Part shown: piece by piece, positions 26,591 to 40,350 of the stretch
How the letters are laid out: each line of letters starts with the position of its first letter
Numbering within the stretch: position 1 is the stretch's first letter
Source: Balanoglossus misakiensis
Lineage: Eukaryota > Animalia > Hemichordata
Assembly: GCA_040954595.2 (NCBI GenBank)
Contig: CM082586.2
Location: 3,702,349-3,766,348, forward strand
Length of the DNA stretch: 64,000 nucleotides
Direction of reading: 5' to 3'
The notes under the pieces: generated by a model
What the model was told of the DNA's origin: nothing
Databases searched by the model: none
What the model saw: the letters and a program-made list of their open reading frames with translations, nothing else
Position numbers and translations under genes: made by a program

Positions 26591-29500
26591 ACGTTAGGTG
26601 GCACGTCGCTTAAAATCGGAGTCTCTCGTCATAGTACACAATCACGAACTCTTGGCGATATCCTTGACTTTAGATTGCTATCTTTGTGCGAGAAACTTCA
26701 TTAATATCGATCACACTTTATGATTCCCATGGGACTCTCTAAAATTCATGACTACATATATTTTCTGATGAAAATATAGTCATTCATTTCGAATTAATTA
26801 GAATGAGTAATTGCCTGAGCAGTGTTCACTTGTTCTAGTAATTAAATTCAAAACTTAATGAATATCATATGAGATTTGTATATGTGAGTACTGGGTACTC
26901 TACACTGTTTTAATGGAATAATATCAGCAACCTGTGTTGTTGAACACTGTCGTGAAGCCACTTAGTCTAAATGTAAAAGAATGGTGTCAACAGTTCACTT
27001 TTTAAACCATGTAAACATGGCCTTACTATTACTGTGTAATGCAGCTTTTCAATGATCGCGTGCAATTGGCAATTATTAATGTATACACGTCACCAGAAAA
27101 AGTTATTAATGTATGTGTTACAAAGTCCAATGAAACGTTTTGATAAACCTATAAACATTAATGTTTTGTCACATTACCAATTTAAAAGTTCTAAAGTCAA
27201 CCTTCAAGTGTTGCTCGCTTAATATGGGACTCTTGACCCGTGCGATATTCTGTTACTTGTGACAACTGCGCGAAGACTTGACCCTTTTATGAATTCGGTC
27301 ACCTGAGTAGGGTCCTCTTTAATACAGAAAGATCACGTTATCAGAAGATCGACGTTGAGTGTTTGCCAGTAAATGGTTTGCAGTTACGACTTGACATGGC
27401 TTCGGCTTGAAGGTGAAGTACAAAGGATATGTGGGTGGAAAAGTTAACAAGCGCTTGATACCGATTTACGATAGGTGACATAGCAAAACAATCAAAATCG
27501 CATTTGTAACCTTTGTCGGTCTTTTCTATAAGAAAAAAACATGGCCCATGTGATATACGTATTCGTAAACTACCAGTTTTGTTTATAAGATCAAAGAATA
27601 ATGAACATCCGTAGGGTTCTATATAGAAAGACTTAAGACATGAATAAAGTTGCAAGGAGCACATCTAATGTAATGGGAGATCCATGTTCACAAGTCGAAT
27701 AGCCTATTTTAGATGCATCCGATCACTTCTAATTTACCATGATGGCCGTCTGATGGCACACATTTCGCACTTTATCCAAAATAAAAATCCTGTGATAGCT
27801 AGATCCAGCGATCCAAGGTATATATGGATCTATGGGTAATTAAATCCATCGATATGGTGGAAAGGGGAACTAAATGGCAAAACTAGTGTTTAACGATCTG
27901 GGGGGGGGGGGGGTCACTAAACATAATGAACTCAGTTGCATTTTTAACGTTACAGTATACATAATCGCACTCTTGCAGTAGGCTTATTCCTGTCAATACT
28001 TAATTATAATAAAGATCAGGGTCAGTGAACACCGAAAGGGTAATAACTTCATTGCGTAATTTTATGCAGTAGCCTACATTTACGTGATGTATTTTAATGG
28101 GATTTAACAAGTACCCAATTGCAGCGTAGTATATAGTGTTTTATATGCAAAAATGTTCCTTTGGGCAGTTTTTCATTGCTGTCGTATATAACGCCTTCCT
28201 GTTTCATTATCTGTCGTCCACTTGCACATCCTAAAGATTGATATGATATGTAGCGATTTTAATTTGCGGGTGATAATTTCAAAAACAAGTGATAAAATTT
28301 CTCTCGCTCGGTAACCTATTCATCACGGCATCTCCTCCCCCCCACCCCCGCCTTCATTGATCTATTCTGATGATAAACACTCCCTGAAGTTGTAATTACT
28401 GTGTGATGTAATTTATATCCGAATCGCATTTTTACGTTAACATGGCCCTCATCCTTTGCAGGATCGTCATTAAGTCTCGGTTTCTTTATTATTAAACAAC
28501 ACAGACTCATGAAATACGCGTGTCCATTTACAATTCATAAAATAATTCGCGCTGTACACGCGGAACATTAAAGACAAGGCGAAGCAGCCTCTAAGCTTAA
28601 ACATTGTGCGGACGAGCAGAGTTGTACACTCTTTGCATTTTTGACCTGCATGGCGTTAGCGAAGTGCATCTTTTAGTTTACGAATGTATGTTTGCTGCAC
28701 CCTATTACTTGTAAACGGTTGTTGTACACGTCGTTATTAAATTTGAGCCAAATGTTTTCGGTCCCAGTCCGCTGATCTAATTAGACCTTGGAAATATGGG
28801 GACTCAATACCTACGGATATATTGACGTTTTAAGGCTCATTTTGTTTAATTCGAAGGAATTGCCACTTTGCGTGACCAAGGTTGTCGGGATAATGTACCA
28901 ATCAATATAGAAGTAAAACACAATGCGACGTCGATTGACTGTAGTTTATATATACTCAGATTGTTTAATTATAATCAGTGTCGTGTCGACTTTTGCCAAA
29001 ATAACTCAGGGACAATAGTGTACTGGTAAGCAAAGATTGATGACCTACGCGCAAATAATAATAGAACAAATGTCATCATTTGCCGGGGGTCTATTACACA
29101 CATAAAACAAGTGCATTTGCTACAAGTGTGTGCATTATCAAAACAATCAAAATAAGAACAGTTGTATTATTCATACTTGACGTTGGCTTTTCGTGAGCAG
29201 ATTAGTTCACGATATTGTTAATTTTAATGGAACCTTCTCCGGATGGCAGAGTTCAAAAGGATCCCGTTTGGATTATATAAATGTGTAATTAAAATTTAAA
29301 GATCTAGTTTGGGGGTGTCATAATGAAGTTTTAAGTTAGATCTCCGTACTTGAAGATTAACATGATTAGCATTTACACAAGTGGGCCACCTACATCTTAC
29401 AGGTTAAGCGTAATTAACCGTGGGCGTTCATAGTTTATTCGATTTGTTATTTATCACGTCTCTTTGAAGTTAATGTTGAATAACCTTGTGATAATTGTGG

Positions 29501-30612
29501 TCCTGCATATTCGGAAAAGACATATCCGTCCTTTCCTAAATCACGAAGTGTTTTTGTTTCTGACAACGTATGCACAGGGTTCAGAATGACGCGTATTTTT
29601 GACAAAAGACAATTGCTTTGCTACTCTAATGGTCAGTGCGTTTAGAGCAGAAGATGACGTCTAAAATAATGTGAACAGAGTACATCGATCATCAACAAGA
29701 TCACTCTGTACTCCCAAGTTAGCTCGAGGTGTAGGGCTAATTAAACGATGCATAATGCAACACTGTGAACATCTGTCATGAATAATGACGACCCGTGTGT
29801 ACGCCAGGCAGCAAGAGGTTATACAGGCAAACAAGTAAAGCTCATGAAAATACATAATCACCTTAACATTACCAGAGAATAATGTCAAATAATCCCCAGT
29901 ATTACAAACATTCAGAATGGAACAAACTGTACAAAATGTGCCACTTGATTATTTTATATTTTATGACACGATGACAAGTATATCTGTAAATTACGGATTA
30001 TCTGCAACATTCGACTCTTGAGATAGATTTTACATACAGTATAAGCAAACTAATGCTCTTTCCCCATAAACTAATCACAAGCAATTATCATCAAACGAAG
30101 AAACCAGACAAACAACCTGAGCAGTGCCATTATCGAAAAAGAAGTGTTATACATCCACCCTTGAAATAAACAGCTAGGAGTTCCGATCAGAGGTCACGGT
30201 GTACATTAGTGGCAACCTCAATAGACTTCATCAGGAAGCAATAACCGGTCTCACTATAACGGCGTTAAGTAGACATAATGCCTAGTAAATTACTAAATTT
30301 TGCAGTTTTCGTGTCATTATACTTCATAATCTGTCAGTGTCTGTCTCTCTATTCTTTGCTGCAGTTGACGTACGATTATGAATCATATACCGTTAAGAAA
30401 TAACACCTGATAACAAGCGCGCCAGTAACGAAAAATCGTTGATTGATTACCACGGCATCCCAGCATATTATGAATAAATGTCAAGGCACTATTTTGAGAG
30501 GCGACAAAATGGCATGTATCACATTTTGGGAATAAACAAGATAAGTCCTAAAGTGACTCAGGGGAGAAAAGTGAAAGTGAAACAAACTTGCCAACTATAC
30601 CTATCAATCATT

Positions 30613-30648
30613 CAACCAACCAACCAACCAACCAACCAACCAACCAAC
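30613..30648. repeat. (AACC)n microsatellite
   Basis: Direct reading. Confidence 0.95.
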
Positions 30649-33600
30649 TAACCCACTTGAAAAATTACAATTGTATTATCGCCAATATCGGACTGTTAAA
30701 TCGGTTCATTGATTGGTTGGATATTTCTTCAGCCATCACGGATCAAAAGTTCTGTGTTTGTTTGTGGAGGCAGAATCGGAAAAGTATATGCAAAACTTTT
30801 GGTGTAGGTTATCTTTGAATATCAATAGGCTGCAACAACTGCATGCATTACGTCAGGAAATTTGGAATGCTGGCGAGGAAATAGTCAACGGGTAAATGTT
30901 GCCGCGAAGACGCACAACCCCGGCGGTTCCTGTGTGTTGTTATCGACAAATAACATTCTTGCAATGGCGAAAAAGCCGTACAAGTCAATGGAAAGATAGA
31001 TTAATGAGACGAAACAATGCGGATGAGTGAGTTTTCATGGATTCTTCAGGAATTCTCAAATAGTTTTCAACATGGGATGAGCTCGAGAATCCGTTGACCT
31101 AAGATTGTTGCTCACTAGGAAATATTCGCAGTTAAGGGCTACTCATTAATACCATGATAGGGGGTCGGGGGTTATCTGCTGCGTGAGAACAGTTCGACCT
31201 CTCAGCGTTGCATTTTTACGAGAAGGTGAAATTGTCATGAGATATGATCGCGTTTAGACACTCCCAAGAGGCTTCAATACAGTAATTAGTAATTGTAAAT
31301 TAGTGACACTTTCATGCAATAATCATGTGTAAAGGATGCATTAATATTAAAGCGGGTTGCTAAAATTACACCCACCATGACTGATTCGTGATTCATGATG
31401 TCAGGCTTGTTTGAGCAACAGTCGGAATGAAGTGAAAAAAACTAACCAAGGAATTTCACCACTTAAAGGCGAGCACCTCACAATTAAGCACATTCTATAT
31501 CGAAAGAACATGTACACTCTTCTCTACTGAAGAATGGAAGAAAGATCTGACATTCAGATTTATTAAGTGCTGCGGGTGGTCAAAGTGCATGTGAATACGA
31601 ATCTTATAATTGCCCTGGTGGATTTTCTCACCATTGCCAGTAATAAATGAGCCTATAAAGTTGTCGTTTTGACGGCATTGTGTTTGTGCCCATTCACTTC
31701 CCAACCATTTAAACATCAATATGACCATTTTATACATCAAGGCTAATGAATAATGCGACTTAAAAACAGCATAATCAGACACTGCCCTTGGTTTCCATGG
31801 TATCGGCTCTGCATCCATTGGCGATTTTAAGCATTTCTTCAGTCTATTTTGAAAATGGTCGTTTTTAACAGGAGTACAGAATGATCGTGTATTCATCCTT
31901 GATTTTCATTTTTATGCAAGTTCAAAACGATGTGACTGTAAAAAAGGTTCAGTGACTACATTCGCAAAGAAACATAGAAAAACGTGCAAAAACTGGATGT
32001 GTGGAATTTTGTAGGTTTGATTAGGTCTACGAATCGTGATTTATTCGGACGTGTCTGAACGAAATCGTCCAAGCGACATTTTTCGACATCTCGAAGAAGC
32101 CATATAACTATGAGACTTCAACATCATAGATTAGATACCTTACAGCCATATTCATACATGTATAGTGAATATCTCTTGATGGAACGGAAAAGGGTATTGC
32201 ATGCTACTGTGCGTTGCTCTTTTTAGACATTATCTCCCCCAGAAGGGATATCTCTGATTACACACGTCACTTCTGCACGGTGTCTGAGCCATGTGCCTTC
32301 ATTCTTGATCTAGGGACGCCGAGTCTATACCACCAAGAAGTCACTGACCAACAAAGCCACATCCAAGAGAGTTGATATTTAACTCTTCACCGTCGGTTAG
32401 ATCTTAAGAACTTAAGAGGATAATTTTTTTCTTTGAAAACCTTTGGATGTGCGTCTACATAAGACGACCGTTTGAGCATTATAAACGCAGGGGCAGTGGA
32501 TGGCTAGCAGTGTTATACACAGAAATTGTTATGACAATAAATATATATGAAAATTAATACCAAATTAGATAAGTTAGAGGACTGGTCGCGGAGTGATTTC
32601 CCTCTATGATTACAGTATACCCCGCTTTAATGCCGAGGTAGTAATAAGTCAACATGGCCGAGTTCTACTTTTCAAACACGTGGCAAGAACACTTGTAAAG
32701 TCGTGAACTGTAAACAGGGAAAACAAATTCACCAACTGTTTTACACTATAAGAACTTCTACTGTAACTTCACACAGCATGTACATGATAATAGTATTGAA
32801 ACTGTAATTTTATTAATTTTTTTTTACTTGTTCTGTCGCTTAGACCTACAGCTCTTGGGTCTGGTGTGTAGTGACGAAGGCGCTGTTTGATGGTAGATAT
32901 GTTTTGACTTTGCCTGATGCTTTCTACGTTGATAGATGATATGTCATCAGCGGCAGAGGTTAAACAGCCAAATAGGTGCAATTTAGATACAGCGTGAGAA
33001 AAAACTCAATCATAACGACTTGATGAGTGCATAAAGTGAGGCACTATACCGGGTCTTTGAATAATGCTAAGTGAAGCAAAGTAACTATTATAGGCTCTGT
33101 TTTGGCAGAAGTCGACAACCTGTCGGACAGCAACCCCCCGCATAAATGGACGTCGAATCGGATAGCTCCGGGGCCACCTGGCAAATTGCATTCAATCAAA
33201 GATGTCCATTTTGATAATGCATGGCCGGTGCACTTCCGATGCCTGAACGAACACGTTGTCGTGGTGTTTGATCTATACTCAATCATCAGTGGTATGAAGT
33301 TTCGTGCTGAGCATGCAAATAATTTTCACTGATTTCATTAAATCTTGCGTGATATGGCCCCTAGCAAATACAGCAAAGCGGACATCCTTCCTTAATATAG
33401 AGTCACGTCAAATGCATCATGTCAAGACCCTGGCTAAATCGATATAAACGCTAACTACCGTATACATTACATGCGCATGCAACACTGTGGGTGTTGTTTA
33501 TTTACGAAGGCGTCGCTATGTTCGGCTCTCTGCTTAAAAGATGGTGTAGAATTGGATTTGTCCACCCCCACCCATCCCAAAAAAGACAATTGTTCCTATA

Positions 33601-35156
33601 CACACGATTGATATGGAAACGGTTGGAACTACTTTGTCCTAATAAGATCTCTGGCTATCTTAGAATAAAAAGTAGTCCCAGCTGGGCTTGTTACACATGG
33701 CGGTGGCGTATTGATATGACAGTCGCGCTCCTCGTTCACATTTCGCTGACATTACATTGAGAACAAACACAGTAAAATGTGTATAAAAAAGAAAAGGGCG
33801 CACTTGTATCTCTCATGCCAAGAAATCTCAGCTCAGAGAAATCCTAACCGACAGGTTAGCTCGATTTTACGGTGGGATAACGATGTTTACCGGAAAGAAT
33901 TCCCTCTGGGTTTCGGAATGTGCCACAGTCTATGACGTACTTTGTAATCGGTTCACACCAACGCAAAGCTTATAGCCGTATACCTCGTGACTGATCACTT
34001 CGCTTGGGCTCCTTTGGAAATGGTTACCGCAAATGCTACACGTTTGTCACGACAGATCCGGTGTAACTTCAACACGGGAGTTACATTTCACAGTGGGACA
34101 TACTGATCGAGAGCGCCCAGGTTGATATTATTAGTAGGCCTATCCTCAAAACTGTCTGGCCAAAACAAGTGGTTGTCAATTGAAAAGCCTGCGCTGGATC
34201 AACAAATTTGTGGCACTGATCCAATCCTGATTAAAATTATGTTGACAGTTTGGATGAGATCTCAACACAGCGAATAAAATTCTTCCAAATACCCAAATGA
34301 TAGAAAAATGAAAGAATTCATTCGCTCACACAAACAAAACAGAATGCAACAAAATAAGTATGCCAGCCTATTTGACATTTGTAAATCTACACACTTTACC
34401 CTGACGGGGAGACATTTGAACAGTAACTGGCACAAATGGATTGGATTATTAATCTTCAATGTTGGGTCTGTCGCCATGCTATGCGCACATCTGGTCTGAT
34501 CTATGAATGTATATAGCCGGCTGTCCATTGGCAATATTTTATATTAGACAAAGATGTTCAATCTCAAAAGAAAATGGCACCTTTGTCTGTTTGATGCCGT
34601 TGGTGATTATTATCCAAATGATTATAATCTCTTTCATTCCACGCTGAAGGAAATGTGAGAAAAATCTAATACATCCTATCCTAAGGTATGATTTTGTAGC
34701 CAGATCTCTTGGGGTTAAAACTTAGAAAACACATCAAGCCTATTAAACATTTAGTGTACACGCATCTGTGGAAGGAACATGTTTCCAGCAAAAAGCCATT
34801 CCAGAATCCCACTTCATGTGTCCTACTTTCTGGAACAACAACATGCAGCCTGTGTTGCTTCCTCTAAATAAATCTAAAATACTCTGGTTAGGTTTGGCAT
34901 TCTTTAAAACACTGGTTTTTATTTAATAATAGTTTAGATACTACATGACTTTGACTTTCACTATTGCACAAGACAGAATCATGAGGCAGCGATATGAAGG
35001 AAAAAAACACAACAGCCTGTACATGTACTGTTTAAAGCTAAAACACGTCAGCTCAACCCAGCACTACAAAAAAACTTTTGTTTTTATGCCAATAGCTTTG
35101 TTCACTGACATGCCAATCACCTCATCTCAGTATGTCACAAGTGGGGCACATCTCCA

Positions 35157-35240
35157 TTAACCCTTTCACCCCCATTGCCCGGTATAGATGACCAATACTG
35201 CCACTAATTTGGGCCAAACCATGGCGACGAAAGGGTCCAA
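35157..35240. mobile_element. ~90-bp piggyBac-like MITE (TTAA-CCCTTTCACC...GAAAGGG)
   Basis: Inverted termini plus internal similarity to copies at 38355, 40293, 47026 and 57301. Confidence 0.6.
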
Positions 35241-36835
35241 CAGCCCAGATGCTACTCTAACAGCATTTCATTTTGTTTAAAAATTCATCGTCAGAATAGA
35301 TAATTTTTTAGCTCATTTCAGATATTGTGTCAGGAGGTGGCAGACTTAAGTACTGCATGCTTGCCCCTCTCCTTACCCTATAGCTAGTACCCAAGCCTTC
35401 TTGCAGTCACTGCAGAAGACATCGACTGAAGTGCAGCAAACTGCAACTTGCAGCAGCTCGTCCCGATTAAAAGATCCTCTCCACAATTACTCTTCAAAAT
35501 TCCCACTCCCGTTTTCAAGCCCCATTTTAAAAATTGCAATATCCTGTTACTTTAGGCAAGTTCTGTGAATTCCCTTCTGTAATTACATGTAGAGCCATGT
35601 CCCCCTTTAAATTATATGTTACAATGTGTTACACTGTACCTAACAGTTTCCTTCACATATCACTTCATATATTACACAGTGGCATTAGGGTTAGGACCTA
35701 CAGCAAGGGTCTCTCTCCCCCATAACCAGTATTCACCCTACACCTACAGTACATCATACCAACGGGATCTCCCCCCGTATTTCACACTATTATCAGAATA
35801 CTAAAGTGAGGTAAACATAATATTGAAACAACATACAACTGCATCTCACGAGCAAAAATTACACATTTGCCAAAATATATAACAATTACTACAATAAAAT
35901 ATTATACAATATCACAATTATTTCTTTGCAAAAAGTAAATGAAAAAAATAGTTATTTTAACTCTGTTTTGAGAACTGATTAAAGGCTTAAAAATTTCTAT
36001 AATAAACTTTATTTTTTGAGGATTTTTCTAAAACTAGTTTATTCCTGCAGTTTCGATGCTTGTTATTCAGTGTCAGACTATTGGATGACAAGTGTTGCCA
36101 TGGATACCACACTCTTAACATGTTTGTCAGTGTTTCTCTGGTGATGAACAATACACAAATTTGCAATGTTTAATTAACATGAATTTCCAGATCAACCTGG
36201 AACCTGAATCATTCAGACATCATTTTCATGGCAAACAGACCTGTATTCTAACAACCTGATTTTGTTTTGGGTATGTGTCCCGTTACGGATAGGGCACTTT
36301 AAGTGGCCACTCCTGACAGCGAACATTTCAAATTAATATTTCTGCTGACAGCACGACGGAAATGAGTGCTTGTCGCAAACATAGGCAAGTATACATCACA
36401 GAATTCTATTCTTCAAAGAACAGATATTCTATCTGGTGTACCAGGTTGTTATAGACATTGGCAATTTCCTGAACGGATTCGCGTTTCCATTTCAGCTTTC
36501 GGGGATTATCATTTGATGTGTGAGCAAGCGCTCACTGACGACAATGACACAAGATATGAAGAACGACTTGCTCAGATGTGTAATTTAGGAGAAAGACTAT
36601 CAATCCCGAGGAGTTCGCAGACGGAATGCCCTCGCATAAAAATGCGCGGGGAAAATCTTTGTACCATCTCTGTTTGCATACAGTTATTAAACTGTAATCG
36701 GTGAACCACAGTCACAGCAGGTCGTGCCATGAAGTCCTCATAAGCTGAGTAGTTTCCTATCAAACTGAGGACACACCTGTATTCTGGCCAATGTGCCGAA
36801 TATAAACCATTTTTATACACCTAACTGCCGTATAT

Positions 36836-36961
36836 TGTAGGGTTATTCACAAAACACAGCGATGTATGGACTCAAGCTCTACACACAAAGTATTGCACAA
36901 TCTATACACGCACACAGAACACTTGTCCATACATGGCCGTAGTTTTGTGAATAACCCTACA
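36836..36961. repeat. Long inverted repeat/hairpin
   Basis: tgtagggttattcacaaaac...atgtatggac (36836-36871) pairs with gtccatacat...gttttgtgaataaccctaca (36925-36961): perfect stems of 20 bp and 10 bp, 53-nt loop. Confidence 0.9.
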
Positions 36962-38354
36962 GTGCATGGTCATTAACAAAAAGAGCTGTCGCATGTGAAA
37001 ACATGTTACCCTATTGGATAAGCTACACTGGTACACCTGGGACCAAAACATCTTCCCATTTGTCTTGTATCTGGCCATACCTGAACTCCCCCTCATGTGT
37101 AATATAATGTCCTGGGTTTCCCCCAAATTGGGGCTAGATGGAACATTGCACATGGGAGGAGAGGTTTACTTGTCATCCACAAAGTCTTGACACTTTAAAC
37201 TCTAAATATATATTATGTATCAGTGTCCATAAGTGCTGTATAAATAAATGCTAAGGGAGCTTTTGTTTACAACGAGGGAGATGGGTTGGATGAATCGGGG
37301 GAGGGTCACATTTACAAACTTATCATAGGGACCAACCTCAATTTCCTCCAGCCCACCCCCTTCATAATAAATGGAAGCTCCCTAAAAAGTGTGATCACAC
37401 TTGCGGTATTTGTTTGTAAAACATTAAAAAAATCAGCTGCCATTTCAAAATCAAAAGATCAAAATTGCTAACAGTACCATAGTTTACAGTCCTCACACTC
37501 ATATATATATATTCCCTTTTCACCCTCATTGGAAATATCATGACTTGCAAGTGAATGTTTCATCCATCTTTGAATAATCTGGTTTGCCAAATTCAATCTT
37601 GTCAGTACACAGCGCATTTGACTTGATAACTTCAATGTATTTGGGTAAGTAGACCCAGTCACACCATTACAGTTCGGCAAGAGCCCATGTTCTTGGATCA
37701 AAATCTACCCATCAGTACATTGAAATCACAGCCTTCAATCTCTCTGTTTCGCATTTCCATCCTGTGCCTGTTTGGAGGTAGTGTTTCAGAGAGACAAGAA
37801 TAACCTATTTACTTCAGACACTGTGGCCAATCAGAGCAAAAGGATCTTGACCTCACAAGTGCCATGTGGTCTGTTTTGAGTAACAGACATAGAGTGAAGA
37901 TGAGTTACAACACACTTCTAGCCAATCAGAATCGCGTGTCTGCCTGTTAATTTTTGTTAACATATCTGAAAAGGAGACCACATTTCTCTTCTCCTGCAAG
38001 TTCATTCCACAGATTTCCGTTTGTCTTTCATTGACAAATAATTTAAAAAGTGTGTGCATGAGTGTGAGTGTGTGCATGTATGTCCAAAGTGACTATGTTC
38101 GTGCTGTACAAGACAATATTTTTAAAAAGCTACTATGTCCTCCATATATAGCTAGGTAAAAACAATCCATTTGAATTACATTTTCAGTAAAATGATGGCA
38201 ATATTAAAGATGCCATCTACCAACCGTTTCACAAATTCAGCGTCTTACTTCCTTTAAAAGGACTCTCATAAATATGCAAAAAGATCGCCGTTCTATTATA
38301 AGCGTTGTTTTCAAACCTGCACAAACATGGAATAAATTGAAGATTTTTTTTTAG

Positions 38355-38445
38355 TTAAAGCCTTGGACCCTTGCTTCCCAATGCACGGGTCCAATCTTAC
38401 CATTGGAAACAATGGGTTGAAACCACAGCATAGGGGTGGTAGGGT
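38355..38445. mobile_element. Degenerate copy of the piggyBac-like MITE
   Basis: Shares the ggtcca...taccat..gaaacaatgg core with the 57301 copy. Confidence 0.45.
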
Positions 38446-39208
38446 GACAAGAAAATGCTAGAAATAGATCCTTCTTTGATTTACACCGAGACAAACTTAA
38501 AACAGAATGAGTCTGTCAGAAAAAAAACAAGGCAAATCACTTCTTCTATTTCACATCTGAAGGGAACGATTTTTTTCTCTGTTTCAACATTTTCCCCCTC
38601 ACAGCAACTTTTACGATGTGGACACATGACGAGACGTAACTGACACACACACGAAAAATAGAAGGACAGAGAATGTGATAGCCACATCAAGTCTGAATAT
38701 TGGAGTCCATACAACACCAAGTCTTAAGTAGTATATTGACTAGGAAGATCAAAAACAGAATTTAAGCAACCCATGGATGTCGGGAACACATTGAATCTAC
38801 ACTAATAAAACTGGATAGAAAGTTTTGGTTTTGTGATCAGGGAAAAAAGAAAGAGAAGAGAAGAGAGGAGGCAAACAAACAAACCTCCATTGGCGAATGG
38901 GCTTGCAGTTTGTGTACCTTTCATAGAGGCTGTCGTTAAGGCCACTAATGCTTTGGTTATTTTCAGACTCTGGTTGAAAAGTTAAGTCTGAAAACTGTAT
39001 GGAATTCCTACAGCAATAATACTGATTGATTGATTGAATTGATTGATTGACTGTTGATTGATTGATAGACCGTTCTTGTTGCAGAACAGAATATGATTAT
39101 GAATTTGATTTCTTCTTGTTCCAGCTTCCTCTTTCCCGGTTTGTTTTCTTCTTCTGAAAAGAAAAATCCCTGTTACATGGCAACCAGATACGTTCCCCGT
39201 ATGACAGT

Positions 39209-40230
39209 TCAAAACCTTGCCTCTCTTACTTTAGCAGATATATTCTTAAGAACTTCCGATTTGGTGAAATCAATACTGGCGTAGTTACTGTCTGCCTTGT
39301 CATCACTTTCTGAAGTACGTCTGAGCGGTGAGCACGGCGACCGCGGAGATCGCGGCGAGCGGCTTTGCCCGTTTTCGTCCGGCTCCTCAGTGGGCCCAAG
39401 ATCTAAGGCAATATAGTTCAGTTTGGGCTCTGCTGCAGCGCCGAGTGATGCAGTCGCGGACTGCGGCGGTTCGGAACTCAGCGCTGCAGCCGCCCCGGCG
39501 CCGGGGAACTGCAAATTAAGATAGTCACTGCTACTTAAAGTCTGCTGCGAAGCACTGTCTGATTTCTCAGCTTTGGGGGGTTTGGGTAAAGGCAACGAAC
39601 TTGGACTCAGACTAGCTGCTTTGCTCTGGGGCACGCCCGAAACCTTTTGCTTCGGCGCGTCCTTGGTTCCCAGCTCCACGTTCATATATTCTTGGTACTG
39701 AGTAATTTTCTTGTTGGATTTTGGCATCCTCGGGGAGAGACTGGGAGAAATTTTTGGCGAAACTTTGGGTGATTTCTTCTGCTTGACATCGAGATTAACA
39801 TTGACGTACGACCTTTCGTCGGCCGGCAGAGGAAGTCTTTGCGGCCGTGGAGAGGCATTTTCACTCACTGCCAAACCTTGAACTCTGGACATATCCATCT
39901 GGGCATAATCGCCAGCGTTTTGTGATTTCTTTGAAAGGTTCACGTTCATATACTCGTGCTTATCACTCGTCGTTTGGCTGACCCCCAGTTTATTTTCAGG
40001 TTTCGGTGGCTCGGGGGCTTCGTAACTCATAGGCATGTACGTGTCTACAGTCTTAGCTGTCTTTTGGGATGTGCCCGTCGGGTACACAACTTTCGGTTTG
40101 ACCTCCGAACTGGCATGGCTGTGTGTTGTCTTCACTGCGGCTTGGTGTGGATCGCCACCTCCACTACCCGGCGCAAAACTCATATACGAGTCCAGTTCCA
40201 CTGAGTTCGGCTGGCCGGCAGCGCGCGTTT
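39209..40230 (-). CDS. IRS: IRS terminal coding exon (tyrosine-motif tail)
   Basis: Acceptor ttacgtttcAG, phase 1, 340 codons to TGA. Contains YMPM, YAQM, YMNV x2, YVNV, YLNL and the IRS C-terminal SHP2-type motifs LNYIALDL and NYASIDF. Confidence 0.95.
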
Positions 40231-40292
40231 CTGAAACGTAATCACAAAATGCAAGCAAGTCAGCAGGGTAGGCAGTAACACTATAATTGTAA

Positions 40293-40350
40293 TTAACCCT
40301 TTCACCCCCATTTCACTTTTATAGCGGTCCAACTCTACCATAGAAAAAAA
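40293..40350. mobile_element. Truncated piggyBac-like MITE copy
   Basis: ttaaccctttcacccccatt...ggtccaactctaccatagaaa. Confidence 0.55.

Larger units (their letters stand above)
34918..39208 (-). other. Putative long (~4.3 kb) IRS 3'UTR
   Basis: Follows the stop codon at 39209. AT-rich with no evident further exons. AATAAA on the minus strand at ~36013 and ~34923, the latter followed by GT/T-rich sequence. The end point is inferred. Confidence 0.35.

Noticed and set aside
31495-31896. 133-aa minus-strand ORF
   Set aside because: No recognisable homology or exon boundaries; probably chance or a repeat remnant.
39328-40241. Several + strand and alternate-frame ORFs
   Set aside because: Shadows of the GC-rich IRS terminal exon.
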